Assembly: GCF_009914755.1 (NCBI RefSeq)
Contig: NC_060947.1
Direction: 5' to 3' (one strand)
Source: the human T2T-CHM13v2.0 reference genome, Homo sapiens
DNA: 64,000 bases
This document shows positions 59,921-64,000 of the stretch, piece after piece; position 1 is the first letter of the stretch; each line of letters starts with the position of its first letter. The notes beneath the pieces are model-generated. The model did no database searches. It was not told where the DNA came from and was given only the letters and a program-made list of their open reading frames with translations. Made by a program: the position numbers and the translations under genes.

Positions 59921-60697
59921 TAATTACACTACTGGGATTACATTTGGGAGAAGTAAGGTCTTCCTTTCTCTTTTTATGAGTTGGAAGATGTATTGAGAAA
60001 ATCTGCCTTCAGCTGCTATAGTGGTGAGGTGGTGGTAGTTCTCTCTTGCTTCCTGTTAATCATTTACATTTATATGGCCTATTACAACAAAACATTTCAA
60101 AGAACCTCATAAACGTGAGGATTGATTCAATTAAACTGTACTTCTGGTCTCTGGGATGAATATGACAATGTTTTGTTCATCTCAGAACTGGAAAATTAAG
60201 GCCCAGAAGTTGTAAAGATATTTCTCATTCCAAATTCTGCATATATATATATTATATGAATAAATAATTCAAGAGAGTGAGGAAAAATCATATTTTTTTC
60301 TCCTTTGAGCTGGAAACAAAAACCCTTTGTACAGATTTTGATGATTCTTACTTCCTCCAAACCTTAGCTTTATTCATATGTTCTGCAAACTAAACCACCA
60401 TTATGAAACCAACTGAAACTGTGATCACAGGAGGCCATAAATAAATTAGCTAAAGAATTAAAATCCTCCTGGTCAGGGATTAAGCCTTTTATGATCTTTC
60501 TCCTCTATGAAAATACCTTAATCTCTCCTCCTCTGAATTTTCCATTTATATTGCTTATATCAACGGTTCTTAATTTTAAAAACGTGACCCCTCTTCTTGC
60601 ACTCTGAATTTTTATGTCCTCCCAAAAGATATCATAATTCTTTTTTAGAAATTACAACTGTATCTAATAGGAAAGCTAAGGAATGGCATTCATGTGA

Positions 60698-60998
60698 TTT
60701 TTTTTTCTTTTCTTTTGAGGCAGAGTCTTGCTCTGTTGCCCAGGCTGGAATACAGTGTTGCGATCTCAGCTCACTGCAATCTCCGTCCCCCGAGTTCAAG
60801 CGGTTCTCCTGCCTCAGCCTCCTGAGCAGCTGGGATTATAGGCACCTGCCACCACGCCCAGCTGATTTTTGTATTTTTATTAGAGACAGGGTTTCACCAT
60901 GATGGACAGGATGGCCTCGAACTCTTGATCTTAAGTGATCCGCCCGCCTCGGCCGCCCAAAGTGCTGGGATTACAGGCGTGAGCCATTGTGCCTGGCC
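60698..60998 (-). mobile_element. AluS
   Basis: Reverse Alu consensus. Confidence 0.93.
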
Positions 60999-61198
60999 GG
61001 GAAAAATACATTTTTGATATCGAATATCTCAGTCCCTTTTATAACTCTGTAAGCCCCGGGGAGTCTGAAATGCACAAGCAAAAATCTCTGGCTGATTTCA
61101 GTCAGCCATTTGGGGGCTTATTTGCTTTGTTTTCTAATTGCTTCTCAACATTTAGTTTGAGAGGATAGAAATTAGGCCATTTTTTTCATCTGTTATAG

Positions 61199-61944
<746 letters not shown>

Positions 61945-62962
61945 TGCAATATTTTAAATATATTTTAGTATAAAGTGAAGGGCCTCTGACGTCCATCTAG
62001 TAAGAATCGGGCCACATATTCATAGACTGACAGTTTCAATCTTTGCAGACTTTGTCCTTTGAAGTTTGCTTTGCTTTCTCTTTTCACACTTTGGTAGCAT
62101 CTTTCAGTTCTCTGCTGCTCCAGAGAGGAACATTATGGCCTCTTGATTGGATGGATAAAGGGTCCAGCCCTGACCCATTGGCTGCTAGAAGGGCCAGGGG
62201 CAAAAAGATGACCCCATTAACCACCTTTTCCACCTGTACTTCAGTCTTACTTGCAAATTGTTTTTTCTCATGTCTTTTCATCATAGTCTATACAATCATC
62301 TTGTCAACAAGTTATCGTAAAAATTGTTGAAAAGGATCTATTAATTCTCAGCCCAGAGGCTGTCCTTTGGATTTCTTTGTGACTATTGCTTTGGTCTTAC
62401 ATGTGGCTGATATCAGCTTGTTTTGAAAATCCAAACACTAGTCCACATTTTCACCTAGTAAAGTCATTGATGCCTTCTTTGTGGCCAGTTATAAGGAGCT
62501 TTTTCATCTAATTCATGATGACCCAGGAACCTTACCTCCATGACAAAAATGTTCCTGGAACTCAGCTTCCCAACGTCATCTCTACTTCAGTTCTTTAGGT
62601 TGCCAGATGTTGAAGATAAATCACTTTATCTGTGGTTGCATAGAATTGGTTGGGAATCACATGAGTTTCTTCATGTAAAAACTACCAAGACCTCTGCTTT
62701 GGGTCTAGATCCTGGTTTATGCTGCCTTCTTCAAAACTAAGGGGAGATGCTGGGACTTGCTGTTAGCTCCATTTTTTTTTTTAATTGCATGATTCTCTGA
62801 CTTTGCTGAGGAGTTGTAGATCCAAGTTCAAACATACATTGGCAACTACACCCAAATGCAGCCAAGATACAAGGGTCTACATGTGATACAGGGTCTAATT
62901 AGCCATGTGACTTTGGACAGGTCATTCTCTCTGGCTTTGATTTTCTCATTTGTAAAATGATG

Positions 62963-63011
62963 TATTAAATTGGGGCAAAAGTAATTGCAGTTTTTGCCAT
63001 TAAAAGTAATG
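62963..63011. mobile_element. Partial MADE1 next to a MIR core
   Basis: GCAAAAGTAATTGCAGTTTTTGCCATTAAAAGTAATG. Confidence 0.7.
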
Positions 63012-63410
63012 AATTCGGTTCTTTCTAATAATTGAATTAGATTCTTTCCAGGCCCTTTTCTGGTTCTTTCCATTTCTAAAGGTCTATGATGAATAGGCCA
63101 ACCATGTCATCATGGGTTCCAGCACAGCACCCTAGAGCCCCACACCTCATTCCTGGCAGGCACGCACATCTCCAAATAGGGCTCCTTAGTTTTTAAAGAA
63201 GGGAAAACGGATAAGGAGAACTGAAACCCACATACTTTCAGTTCTGACTTTGTGAGTTTTGAATTTAAATGCTTTCTCATATGAAACAGTGAGTGGGCAG
63301 AAGCATTCTACAAGAAGAGAGCCCTGAAGTTAGATGAGCAATGAGCAATCCCTTTCTGTTGGTGATTCTCTTTTGAAATAAAACGCATCACTGCTCAAAG
63401 CTCAACTGCC

Positions 63411-63532
63411 AAAAAAAAGAAAGAAAGAAAGAGGGAGAGAGAGAGAGAGAGAGAAAGAAAGAAAGAAAGAAAAGAAAGAAAGAGAGAGAAAGAAAAGCTA
63501 AGAGTAAGGAGAAAAAAGAAAAAGAGAGAGAG
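63411..63532. repeat. (GAAA)/(GA) polypurine low-complexity tract
   Basis: Direct reading. Confidence 0.9.
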
Positions 63533-64000
63533 AACCCACCACCCTGTGCGAACAGCACAGCTGAACAAAGGGAAATAGAAGGTAGTGGCATGTGAATCCA
63601 CGTGGCCCTTTGCCAACCCACTTGCCTCTCACGCTGCCACACTTGCATATATCAGGGTAATTTCTGGGATGGAGGTTTTTACTGAGCACTTGTTGGCAGA
63701 GAGATTTTCTCCCAGTCTCATGACGTTCACAAAAAGCTAGTACTGAGAGGAAAAAACTGCTGGGACTTACATGTAATAGCATCTTCCAAGCAGCTCTATA
63801 AGATGACTAACATTTCAGCTGGACACGAGACAAAACTTGGCACCAGAAATGGTGGATGATGGTGCACCACCACTGCTTCATGCAGCCCACTATCGAGGCA
63901 AGGGGGTCTGAGCACATTGCCTGCAAATAATATGTTTGCAACTTTTCAATTCATTTGAGTCCTGACTTAAAAAAAAGCGTGCCAGGCAAATGATCATCTG

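Overview
Human (hominid) genomic DNA containing one protein-coding gene, the intron-containing thymosin beta-4 gene TMSB4X. It has 3 exons on the + strand, a CpG-island promoter and a 44-aa CDS at 33689-33788 + 34204-34238. From recalled knowledge this is Xp22, near TLR7/TLR8. The rest is repeat-rich intergenic DNA: the 3' part of a HERV-H provirus (pol remnants + LTR7) nested in an older, oppositely oriented MER4 provirus; a full-length SVA with TSDs; about 26 Alus; and L1, L2, MIR, MaLR/ERVL/ERV1 LTRs and DNA-transposon fossils. Nearly all ORFs in the supplied track are repeat-derived or spurious. I see no convincing novel biological system. The best leads are a TSD-flanked orphan retro-insertion inside a MER34-type LTR, a short 5' extension on the SVA, a variant LTR7 SOX-motif block, tandem CTCF-like motifs, three PU.1-IRF composite sites (one beside a perfect CLEAR palindrome), and an intronic CArG box in TMSB4X. 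Repeat family names come from recalled consensus sequences, and boundaries are approximate unless TSDs are given.
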